Of a stretch of 64,000 nucleotides of DNA, positions 27,661 to 37,032 are shown piece after piece. The first letter of the stretch is position 1, and every line of letters starts with the position of its first letter. The DNA is from Rickettsiales bacterium UBA1997 (GTDB lineage: Bacteria; Pseudomonadota; Alphaproteobacteria; Rickettsiales; UBA1997). The DNA is taken from contig CAXNJM010000002.1 of assembly GCA_964202895.1 (NCBI GenBank), forward strand, positions 1-64,000. The letters run 5' to 3'. Both the position numbers and the translations under genes were made by a program. Under the pieces are notes generated by a model. The model searched no databases and was not told where the DNA came from. It was given only the letters and a program-made list of their open reading frames with translations.

Positions 27661-30600
27661 GCTATGAATATTCAGAAGATGGTTTAGTGGAAACTGCCAC
27701 GCAAGAGGTTCTTGAAGCTTTAGGCTGGCGAGTTGTTACCGCTTGGAAGAAAGAAACTTTTGGTGAAGTCGGCTTGCTCAGCCAAGAGAATCTTGGTAAA
27801 ACTAATTTGGGTCGCGCTAATAAATCGGAAGTTATTTTAAAACGACATCTGCTTTCAGCTTTAAAAAAGCTCAACCCAAACTTGCCGGAGCTGGCTTATT
27901 CTCATGCTATTTTGCAGATTGCAGAAAAATCTGCCGACAAAACTTTGGCGCAAATTAATCAAGAAAAGCACCAACTTTTAACCAAGGGCGTGAAGGTTAG
28001 TTTTCGTAACGACAAAGGCGTAATCGAAGAAAAAACGTTGAAGGTTTTTGATTTTAACCATCCGCTGGAAAATGAATTTTTGGCAGTGCGGCAGTTAGAA
28101 ATCGTTGGCGAACTTGGTAATAGTCGCCCCGATGTGATTGGTTTTGTAAATGGCATTCCGTTGGTGTTTTTTGAGTTAAAGGCTCATCACATTGAGCTTG
28201 AAGCAGCTTATCGCGATAACCTTACCGATTACAAAGGAACGAAAGAAATTAAAGGAACGATAGAAAGCCTTTTTCATTGCAATGCTTTTATTATTTTAAG
28301 CAACGGCACCGACGCCAAGCTTGGAACCATCACCAGCCCCTACAAATTCTTTTTAGATTGGAAGCGTGTTGAAGAAGATGAAGAAGGTGTTGTGAACCTT
28401 GATACCATGCTACGAGGCACTTGCGATCGTGCCCGCTTAATTGACTTATTCGAAAACTTTTTACTCTTTGACGGCAAAGATGGCGAGGTGGTGAAAATTA
28501 TGGCGAAGAATCACCAGTTTATTGGTGTGAATAAAGTGATTGCCCAAATAAAAGATCAGGCGAAGAACATTGAAGATTTGAAGGGAAAGCTAGGCGTTTT
28601 TTGGCATACACAAGGTTCGGGAAAATCTTATTCGATGGTGTTTTTATGCCAAAAAATTCATCGCAAATTTGGTGGTTCTTACACTTTTTTAATCGTGGTT
28701 GATCGCACTGAATTGGAAGGTCAGCTTTACGAAACCTTTACTGGTTGCGGTGCGGTGACGGAAAAAAATATTAAAGCTGAAAACCGTAATCATTTGCGTG
28801 AATTGCTGGCGCAAAATCATCGTTATGTTTTTACACTCATTCACAAATTTTCAATCGATCCACAAAAAGAGAGTGAATATCCGCTGATTGCTGATCGCAA
28901 AAATATCATTGTTATTTCGGACGAAGCTCATCGCACGCAGGGCGGAAAGTTTGCTCAGAATATGCGGTTTAACGGCATTCCTAATGCTTCTTATTTAGGT
29001 TTTACCGGCACGCCAATCATTAAAGAAGAGCTAGAGTTGACCAAAAATATTTTTGGTGAATATGTTTCGGTTTATGATTTTAAACGTGCCATTGAAGACA
29101 AGGCGACACTTCCTCTACGCTATTCAAACCGCGGTGAGAAGCTTGGAATTGAAAACCCAGAGCTTGATGAGCGAATGGCTGAAATTATCGAGAATGAAGA
29201 TTTAGACGAAGATCAGCGCGCTAAATTACAAAGAGAGTTTGCGCGCAATTATCCAATTTTAACTTCTCAAAGCCGATTGGATGCCATTGCTAAAGATTTG
29301 GTTTGGCACTTCAACGAGCGCGGTTATCAAGGCAAGGCGATGTTTGTGGCGCTTGATAAGCCAACGGCGGTGAGGATGTATGATCTGGCGATGAAATATT
29401 GGCCGCAATATGTGGCTGAATTGAAGAAAAAAATTGAACAAGTATCCGATCAACAAGAAGAATTAAAGTTAAAACATCAGCTGAAGCGTGTTTTAAAAAC
29501 TGAAGTTTGCGTAGTTGTAAGTGGTGGTGGCGAGCAAAACGAAGTTGATAGGTTTAGAAAGATGAATTTGGAAATTGAGCCTCACCGTAAAAAGATGAGG
29601 GAGCGTGTTTTAGAGAAAGAGTTTAAGGAAGATGAAAACCCCTTCCGCTTGGCGATTGTTTGTGCGATGTGGATTACTGGTTTTGATGTGCCGTGTGTTT
29701 CGACTATTTATCTTGATAAGCCTATCAAGGGTCACACTTTGATGCAGACGATTGCTAGAGCCAATAGGGTCTACGATGATGAAAAAGAAAATGGGCTGAT
29801 TGTTGATTACGGCAATGTTTACAAAAAGCTTGAGGAAGCTTATTCGGTTTATGGCGAAGGAGATAACAAGGGAGCAAAGAATGATGTTGGTAAAAATCTA
29901 CAAACACCAACGGCAAAATTGGAAGGCTTGGTGTTGGAAATTGAATCTTCAATTGGTGCAGTGAAGCGGTTTTTAATTGGCGTGGAATTTGAGCTTGGTG
30001 GCTTGGTGAACGCTGCAAGTTCAATGGAAAAATTGGCACTAATTAAAAAGGCCATGAACTGCATTTGTTTGAATGAAAAAACCCGCGCTGAGTTTGAATT
30101 TACGGCGCGAGATGTGTTTCGTAAATACAAAGCACTTTATCCAGAAGAGCAGATTAAGCAGTTTATCAAAGACCATAATGCCATTGAGGCAATCTACGCA
30201 CAGCTGAATCAGAAGGTGAAAAGCGCGGATATTACAAGTGTGATTTGCAGGCTTCAGCAAGAGGTGAATATGAGTGTTGTGGTTGGTGATTCAAACAATA
30301 ATGATGATGATTATGTGGATTTAGCGAAGTTGGTTTTGACAAACTGCGGCAGGCATTTGCTAAATCTAAAAATCAAAACTTGGTGGTTTTTGATTTGCAA
30401 AAAGCAATTGAGAGTAAGCTAGAAAAGATGGTGCAACAAAATCCATTGCGACTGGAGTTCTACGAGAAATACAAAAAAATCATCGAGGAATATAACGATG
30501 GCAAAGATCTGCAAGCTGTTCAAAATGCATTTCATAATTTACAAAATTTTATGAAGGAACTTTCCGTAGAGGAATTGCGAGCTATTCACGAAGGGCTGGA

Positions 30601-30907
30601 CGAAGAAACTCTGGCGATTTTTGATTTAATAAAAAAGCCGACTCTCTCTAAAAAAGAAGAGGAAGAAGTAAAAAAAGTTGCGGTAGAAACCCTTCAAATT
30701 CTCAAGGAAGAAAAATTAAAAATTGAGCGTTGGCGTGAAAGCACGCAATTGACCGCACAGGTAAGAACTGTTATTTTTGACAGTATGCAGTGGTTGCCAC
30801 AAGAAGCTTATGTTGATGACGAAGTTAGGCAGAGAAGTGACCAAGTTTATCAGCATATTTATACAAATTATCCGGGTGGGGATTGTGTTTCTTATGCTTC
30901 GCTTTAA
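27657..30907 (+). pseudogene. hsdR: Type I restriction enzyme R subunit, frameshifted near its 3' end
   Basis: The 921 aa ORF (VISDEAHR DEAH box, helicase motifs) plus the 175 aa ORF (30380-30907) together reconstitute a full-length HsdR of about 1083 aa. The frames switch at the T4 run 30334-30337. Restoring one T gives LAKLVFDKLRQAFAKSKNQNLVVFDLQ. Confidence 0.8.
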
Positions 30908-31359
30908 ATTTTAGATAGGCGAAATACGCCAGATAAATTACTTGGATAGTCATAGTCATTGTTCAGATTTCTTTCTATAGAATAATATTTGTTGGGAATA
31001 ATCCAGACATATTGTCCTTTAATTAAATTAATATCAAAAGGAGTGTTTTGAAATCCGCCAATGGCGTAGTGATTAAATTTATCTTTTACATTTGACTTAT
31101 AAGATTCTGAATATGCATCTCTTATGATGGAAATACAAGTGCTTATAGAAAGCTCTTTATCGGAAACTACTATATCGAATATTTCTGATGTACCATCTCC
31201 TTTATCTTCTCTAACCTCAGCTTTATATCTTCCAGCTTCTAAAGTATCGCCATTATAATCACTGACATCAACAGCAACCAATAAAGGCTTTTCGTAATTT
31301 GCCCACTCCAAACTTGTTTTAGCATTTGTTATATGTTTGTATTGCAAAAAATATAACAA
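30904..31359 (-). CDS. Hypothetical protein (orphan, within the defence island)
   Basis: 151 aa ORF with no recognisable motifs. Confidence 0.35.
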   Translation of the reverse strand: MLYFLQYKHITNAKTSLEWANYEKPLLVAVDVSDYNGDTLEAGRYKAEVREDKGDGTSEIFDIVVSDKELSISTCISIIRDAYSESYKSNVKDKFNHYAIGGFQNTPFDINLIKGQYVWIIPNKYYSIERNLNNDYDYPSNLSGVFRLSKI

Positions 31360-31885
31360 ATATCAGGAGCTTGTAAAGTTTTGAATTTTTCATTGGATTA
31401 TACCAAAATTTATTATTATTTATTAAAGGGCTGGAGTATGTCTTCTTAAATTTGAAATGTCAAGGGTTCGCCATTGTTAACAAATTGGGAGGGGTTGCCC
31501 AAAGCTTCTTCTTGTTTCGTGGGCAATTGATTCAGTAAGGCTTTTTATTCTTTGAATTTGGGCTAAGTTTGGATTAAGATTTTCTTTTATTGCTGTGAAT
31601 TAAATGTTTATGAATACTGAATTTATTACTAAATAACTTGATATTTTATCTTTGTTGTCGATAGTAAACTGCGGAAAAAATATCGATTTGCCTGTTTTTT
31701 TGGCTAAAAAAATCAAGTTATAAAAATAAATATGCCAAGCAAAATTGATAAATTTGGTCATTTTATTATTGATCGCGATTTACACAATCACGCAGGCGAG
31801 TTAGAAAATAGGGTTGCAGAGGCTTTTATTGAATTTGCTAAATCACAAAAACTAAACTTTATCACCAACTAAAAAACCAACCAAT

Positions 31886-32293
31886 ATGAACAGAGAATTA
31901 AAAGAATCAGAATTTTTATTATATAACTCAGATAACGGAGATGTTAAAATTGAGGTATTTTTAAAAGATGAAACAGTTTGGCTCACACAAAAGAAGATGG
32001 CTGAGTTGTTTGATGTTGATAGAACGGCAATTACCAAGCATCTAAATAATATCTTTGAAGAAGGAGAGTTAAGGAAAAACTCAACTAGTGCAAAAATTGC
32101 ACTAGTTCAAAAAGAAGGAAACAGAGAAGTTTCGCGAGAGCTAGAATTTTACAACCTAGATGCCATTATTGCCGTTGGTTATAGGGTTAATTCTAAAAGA
32201 GCGACAAATTTTAGAATTTGGGCAACTCGTCATGCCGTTGAAAAACGGCACCCAGAAAGAGTTGGGGCTGGATCCCGACTTTCGTCGGGATGA
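31886..32293 (+). pseudogene. RhuM-family gene fragment truncated by an RPE
   Basis: The N-terminal 112 aa are homologous to the rhuM copy at 25349 (VWLTQKKMAELF...YNLDAIIAVGYRVNS...RIWAT). The frame then runs into RPE sequence. Confidence 0.6.
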
Positions 32294-32500
32294 CGGAGAA
32301 GGAGGATTCGGATCCTTGTAGTGAAGTTATGCTTTTTATTTCCTCCCCTTGTTGCCTTCTTTTTGGATTACGGAATTAAAACACTCGTCATGCCGTTGAA
32401 AAACGGCACCCAGAAAGAGTTGGGGCTGGATCCCGACTTTCGTCGGGATGGCGGTAAAGGTCGCGATGACGGTGAAGGTAAGGGTCAGGATGACGACATT
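32225..32500. repeat. Two RPE-like elements (32225-32300 and 32380-32500) followed by a 38 bp hsdR-derived scar
   Basis: cgtcatgccgttgaaaaacggcacccagaaagagttggggctggatcccgactttcgtcgggatg occurs twice. 32500-32537 is identical to hsdR 28153-28190 (ggcattccgttggtgttttttgagtt.aaggctc). Confidence 0.65.
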
Positions 32501-32580
32501 ATGGCATTCCGTTGGTGTTTTTTGAGTTGAAGGCTCGCCACAGCAATAGTTTATCAGAATATGTTCTTAAGTTTGACGGA

Positions 32581-32655
32581 TCGTCAAGAATGGCTCCTCG
32601 GGAGGGATTCGAACCCCCGACCAATTGATTAACAGTCAACTGCTCTACCACTGAG
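32581..32655 (-). tRNA. tRNA-Asn (anticodon GTT)
   Basis: Cloverleaf read from the reverse complement. Acceptor TCCTTGG/CCGAGGA. Anticodon loop CTGTTAA. T-arm GGTTCGAATCC. Encoded CCA. Confidence 0.85.
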
Positions 32656-32845
32656 CTACCAAGGAATATAAGGTGGCAAAAAATACGAACGAAAATTATT
32701 AAAATAAAAATAAATAAATCAAGAGTTTTTTTGCTTTTTTTTAATTTAATTGTTGATTTATTTATTTAAAAAAACACAATTTCGAGATGGTTTTGGCAAT
32801 TAGTTTCAATATCAATAGCCCTTAAGTCATACTTATATCAATTTG

Positions 32846-32920
32846 GCTGTCATAGCTCAGCGGTAGAGCACTTCATTGGTAATGAAGAGGTCGCGGGTTC
32901 GATTCCCGCTGACAGCACCA
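32846..32920 (+). tRNA. tRNA-Thr (anticodon GGT)
   Basis: Acceptor GCTGTCA/TGACAGC, D-arm AGCTCAGCGGTAGAGC, anticodon loop TTGGTAA, T-arm GGTTCGATTCC, CCA end. Confidence 0.85.
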
Positions 32921-33009
32921 CGATAGCTACTTATTGCCAGCTAAGTAAAACTAAAAAGGCTTTAATTTTATAAAAATTTTAATAATTAACGATATTTAAA
33001 ATAAAGTTT

Positions 33010-33630
33010 ATGAAAAATATTAAAAATTTGCCGAACTTATTGACAATGTTTCGTATTGCGATAATTCCAATATTAGTAGCCTCATTTTATATTCCGGGGC
33101 TTACTGCTCATTTAGTGGTTGCTTCTTTATTTGCGGTTGCTTGCATTACTGATTATTTCGACGGTTATTTTGCTCGCTCAATGAAGATGCAGTCAAATTT
33201 TGGTAAATGTCTCGACCCAATTGCCGATAAATTGTTGGTGGCAGTTGCGATTGTTATGTTGGTAAATTTCAACAGCCATAATCCATGGATTCTATTCCCC
33301 GGTTTGATAATAATTTGCCGTGAAATTTTAGTTTCTGGGCTTAGAGAATTTTTGGCGGAGTTTCATCTTAATGTTCCCGTTTCAAAACTTGCCAAATATA
33401 AAACTATGGTGCAAATGGTTGCAATTACTGGCTTGCTACTCGGGGAAAAGGGCTCAGACTATACAGTGCAATATCTCATCGGTAATTGGATGGAAATGGA
33501 TATCAAAAATATCATTACTAATGTTATCATTAATTTAGCAAAATTCTTATTTTGCATGGCCTCGTTATTAACCGTGGTTACTGGCTATCGCTATTGGCGA
33601 ATTGGGCAAATTGGTTTTACAAAAATATAG
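33010..33630 (+). CDS. pgsA: CDP-diacylglycerol--glycerol-3-phosphate 3-phosphatidyltransferase (CDP-alcohol phosphatidyltransferase family)
   Basis: 206 aa; NLLTMFRIAIIP...DYFDGYFAR...G...LDPIADK signature. Confidence 0.8.
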   Translation: MKNIKNLPNLLTMFRIAIIPILVASFYIPGLTAHLVVASLFAVACITDYFDGYFARSMKMQSNFGKCLDPIADKLLVAVAIVMLVNFNSHNPWILFPGLIIICREILVSGLREFLAEFHLNVPVSKLAKYKTMVQMVAITGLLLGEKGSDYTVQYLIGNWMEMDIKNIITNVIINLAKFLFCMASLLTVVTGYRYWRIGQIGFTKI

Positions 33631-33681
33631 CTTACAATATCTTTTAATTAAAAATAATCTTCAATATTAACTTATAAATCA

Positions 33682-35031
33682 ATGCCTAAGGAAGAAAAAC
33701 AAAATTCTAATTTTTATCCTCAACCCAATCAAAACCTTGATCTTGCAAATATAGAAAAGGAAATTCTTAAATTTTGGCAAGAAAATCAAGTTTTTGAAAA
33801 ATCGATAGAAATTAGAAATTTTGATGAAAATCACGAAGAAGATATAGTCTCCCCCGTTGAAGAAAGCTGTAAATTAAACAATCATTATCATTGCAATCAT
33901 CTCAATTCTAGCAATGATAATGCTCGCAATGAATTTGTATTTTACGATGGCCCGCCTTTTGCCAATGGTCTACCGCATTATGGGCATCTACTAACTGGTT
34001 TTATCAAAGATTTATTCGCTCGCTATCAAACTATGAAGGGCAAAAAAGTTGAAAGAAAATTCGGTTGGGATACCCACGGCCTGCCAGTTGAAATGGAAAC
34101 CGAGAAAGAGCTTACCGCCAAAGAGGGAAGGGCGATTTCTGGGCAAATTGCCATTCAAGAATATGGAATTGAAAAATTTAATCAAGCTTGTCAAAGTTCA
34201 GTAATGAAATATGCCGATAAATGGGAGGAATATGTCACCCGTCAAGGAAGGTTCGTTGATTTTAAAGATAGCTACAAAACGATGGATGTTTCTTATATGG
34301 AATCAGTTATTTGGGCTTTTAAAGAGCTTTATAATAAAGGTTTAATCTATGAAAAGCTAAGAGTGGTGCCTTATTCTTGGGCTTGCCAAACTCCGCTTTC
34401 AAACTTCGAAACCAGAATGGATAATGCTTACCGCCAAAAAGAAAGCAAGGCAATCACGGTAAAGTTCAATATTGCTCCTGCTAGCTATTCGGCATTGCTT
34501 AAAAAAATGGAAAATTGCAATGAGCAAATAAAGGCAGAAATATTCAATGCAAATTGTCAGATTAGCTTTTTAGTATGGACTACCACCCCCTGGACTCTCC
34601 CTTCTAACCTTGCACTAGCGGTTGGTAAAAATATTAATTACACAATTCTTGCCAGTAATGTAATCAATGCAATCAATGACAATAAAAGGCAATTTTTAAT
34701 TATTGCCAATAAATTAACTGGTAAATATTCTAAAGAGCTAGAGGGGTTTGAGCCAATATTATCAATAGCTGGAGCCGATTTACTAGGTTTAAAATATCAA
34801 CCGTTATTTCCTTATTTTGTTAATCATCCTAAGCTTATTGCTTGCGATAAAGTATTTTCAGTGCTTAGTGGCGATTTCGTCTCAACTGAAGACGGAACGG
34901 GGATAGTTCACCTTGCTCCCGCCTTTGGCGAAGACGATCAAATTATTTGCGAAGAAAACGGAGTTCCTACAATATGCCCTGTCAATGAAGGCGGAAAATT
35001 TACCAACGAACTTTTCGATATTGAATATTAG
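33682..35031 (+). pseudogene. ileS: Isoleucyl-tRNA synthetase, N-terminal 449-codon fragment (truncated)
   Basis: Class I aaRS HIGH motif PPFANGLPHYGHLLTG plus the connective peptide region. Stops at ...GKFTNELFDIEY, about 650 codons short of a full IleS. No continuation in any frame. Confidence 0.65.
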
Positions 35032-35217
35032 TGATATTGTAAAATTGCAATTATTTGCCCCACCGCAACTTCTTTGCAGTGGTTGCAAGTGGTAAGGATT
35101 ATTGAAAATAGCGATACATTGTTAAAAATAGATTGTGTTAGATTTGATAAAGCTTTTATTGGTGAAGATTTATATCATAATATATTGCGAGATAAAATAA
35201 TAATTTACAAAAAATTT

Positions 35218-35619
35218 ATGCAACAAAATAATCATAATATTTTTGACAGTTTAGACAATGCTATTTCTCGTTTTAAAGAATTGCTAGAGCATAAAGATAT
35301 AGATAATATTGATTATATGAGAGATGCTTCAATACAAAGATTTGAATTTGTTATTGAGCTATTCTGGAAGGTCTTAAAAAAAATATTATCATATGAAAAA
35401 ATAGAATCAACAACCCCTAGAGATGTTATCAACAAAGCCTTTCAGTATAAATTAATCAATGATGAAGAGGTTTGGCTTTCTATGCTTGATGATAGAAATA
35501 ACACTTCTCATGCTTATAATGAAGATAGTGCAAAGCTAATATTTATAAGAATCAAGCGATATTTACCAATATTTGAATCTAGTTATAATAATTTACAGCA
35601 ATATAAAAAATTATTATAG
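35218..35619 (+). CDS. HEPN-domain protein, HI0074 family (nucleotidyltransferase substrate-binding protein-like toxin)
   Basis: IFDSLDNAISRFKELLE...ASIQRFEFVIELFWKVLKKIL...DDRNNTSHAY (Rx4H HEPN motif). The ORF track extends to 35074; the N-terminal 48 aa may be a decayed MNT remnant. Confidence 0.7.
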   Translation: MQQNNHNIFDSLDNAISRFKELLEHKDIDNIDYMRDASIQRFEFVIELFWKVLKKILSYEKIESTTPRDVINKAFQYKLINDEEVWLSMLDDRNNTSHAYNEDSAKLIFIRIKRYLPIFESSYNNLQQYKKLL

Positions 35620-35639
35620 AAACCCCTCATTCACTACCC

Positions 35640-35995
35640 CCGCAAGAAAGTTGCAGGAACCAGAAGGAAAAGAAGCTGGGTCCCGACTTTCGTCGGGATG
35701 ACGAAGAAATGAAGCCCCAGAAAGAAGGCAACAACGGGCTTCAGCCCCTTGTGGTGAAGTTATAATTCTCCAGCAATCAACGACAAGGGGTTGAAACCCC
35801 TTGTTGCCTTTAGAATCTTGGGGGTTAAAACCCCTTGTTGCCTTTAGTAATAGAGTTCGAAGCCAGCTCACTCGTCATGCCGTTGCAAAACGGCACCCAG
35901 AAAGAGTTATGAGCTGGGTCCCGACTTTCGTCGGGATGACGGTAAAGGTCGGGGACGGCAGGGGTCGGGATGAGTGATGACGGAAACTCAATACT
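35640..35995. repeat. Cluster of RPE-like elements containing a 27 bp direct repeat
   Basis: gggtcccgactttcgtcgggatgacg occurs twice. The cluster contains ggggtt(g/a)aaaccccttgttgcctttag at 35787-35813 and at 35821-35847. Confidence 0.7.
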
Positions 35996-36006
35996 CGTTG
36001 CTTTTA

Positions 36007-37029
36007 TTATGTAGTCTGAGGATTATTTTTAAGAAATTGACATATTTCTATGGCTCCATAAGTTATAATTGCATTTGCTCCAGCTCTTTTGATGGCAATT
36101 AAGCTTTCATAATAACTATTGATAAAGTTAAGAATATTGTGTTTTTCAGCAAATTTCAGCATAGCAAATTCTCCGCTAACTTGATAAGCAAAAATTGGAA
36201 TCGGAAAGCTTCTTCTACTATTGGCAATGATATCAAGATAAGGCAGGGCTGGCTTGATTATTATTGCATCGGCACCTTCTTCAATATCGAAGGCAACTTC
36301 TCTTAAAGCTTCGCCACTATTGTGGAAATCCATCTGATAGGTTTTTTTATTTCCTTGCTTTAGATTGTTGCTTGAACCAACTGCATCGCGGAATGGGCCA
36401 TAAAAATTTGATGCATATTTTGCACTATAAGAAATAATGCCAACATTTTGAAAATTATTATTATCAAGAAATTTTCTTATCGCCGTAATTCTGCCATCCA
36501 TCATATCGGATGGTGCCACCATATCGCAACCTGCTTTTGCGCAAGTTAGGGCTTGTTTTTCTAGATAATGAATGGTCTCATCATTTATAATATTGCCATT
36601 TTCATCAATTATACCATCATGACCGCTTGCAGTATAAGGGTCAAGAGCCACATCGCAAATTATTAAAATATTTTTAAATTGACTTTTTATTGCTTTAATT
36701 GTTCTGCAAATCAAATTATTTGAATTACTGCTTTCTGAGGCTTGAATATCTTTTAAGGTGTTGTCAATTACTGGAAAGAGCATTATCGCTTTTATGCCTA
36801 AATTGCATGCTTCTTCAATAATTTTTAATAAATTGTCAATCGAATAGCGAAAAACATCGGGAATAGTGCTGATTTCCTCTTTTATTTGAGTTCCTTCGCA
36901 AACGAATAATGGTAAGATTAAGTCATTTGCGGTGATGCTTGTTTCTGCAACTAGGCTTCTTATTTCTTGGTTTTGCCTGTTTCTTCTTAATCGTGTTTCG
37001 GGGAATTTTCCTAAAAATTGATAATTCAT
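36007..37029 (-). CDS. hemB: Porphobilinogen synthase (delta-aminolevulinic acid dehydratase)
   Basis: 340 aa; PETRLRRNRQNQEIRSLVAET...LPLFV N-terminus; active-site Lys region. Confidence 0.9.
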   Translation of the reverse strand: MNYQFLGKFPETRLRRNRQNQEIRSLVAETSITANDLILPLFVCEGTQIKEEISTIPDVFRYSIDNLLKIIEEACNLGIKAIMLFPVIDNTLKDIQASESSNSNNLICRTIKAIKSQFKNILIICDVALDPYTASGHDGIIDENGNIINDETIHYLEKQALTCAKAGCDMVAPSDMMDGRITAIRKFLDNNNFQNVGIISYSAKYASNFYGPFRDAVGSSNNLKQGNKKTYQMDFHNSGEALREVAFDIEEGADAIIIKPALPYLDIIANSRRSFPIPIFAYQVSGEFAMLKFAEKHNILNFINSYYESLIAIKRAGANAIITYGAIEICQFLKNNPQTT

Positions 37030-37032
37030 ACT

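Noticed and set aside
34995-35075. Imperfect hairpin ccaccgcaa/ttgcagtgg just after the ileS truncation point, considered as a mobile-element end
   Set aside because: Single copy with one mismatch and no partner repeat found in the window; mentioned only within the ileS finding
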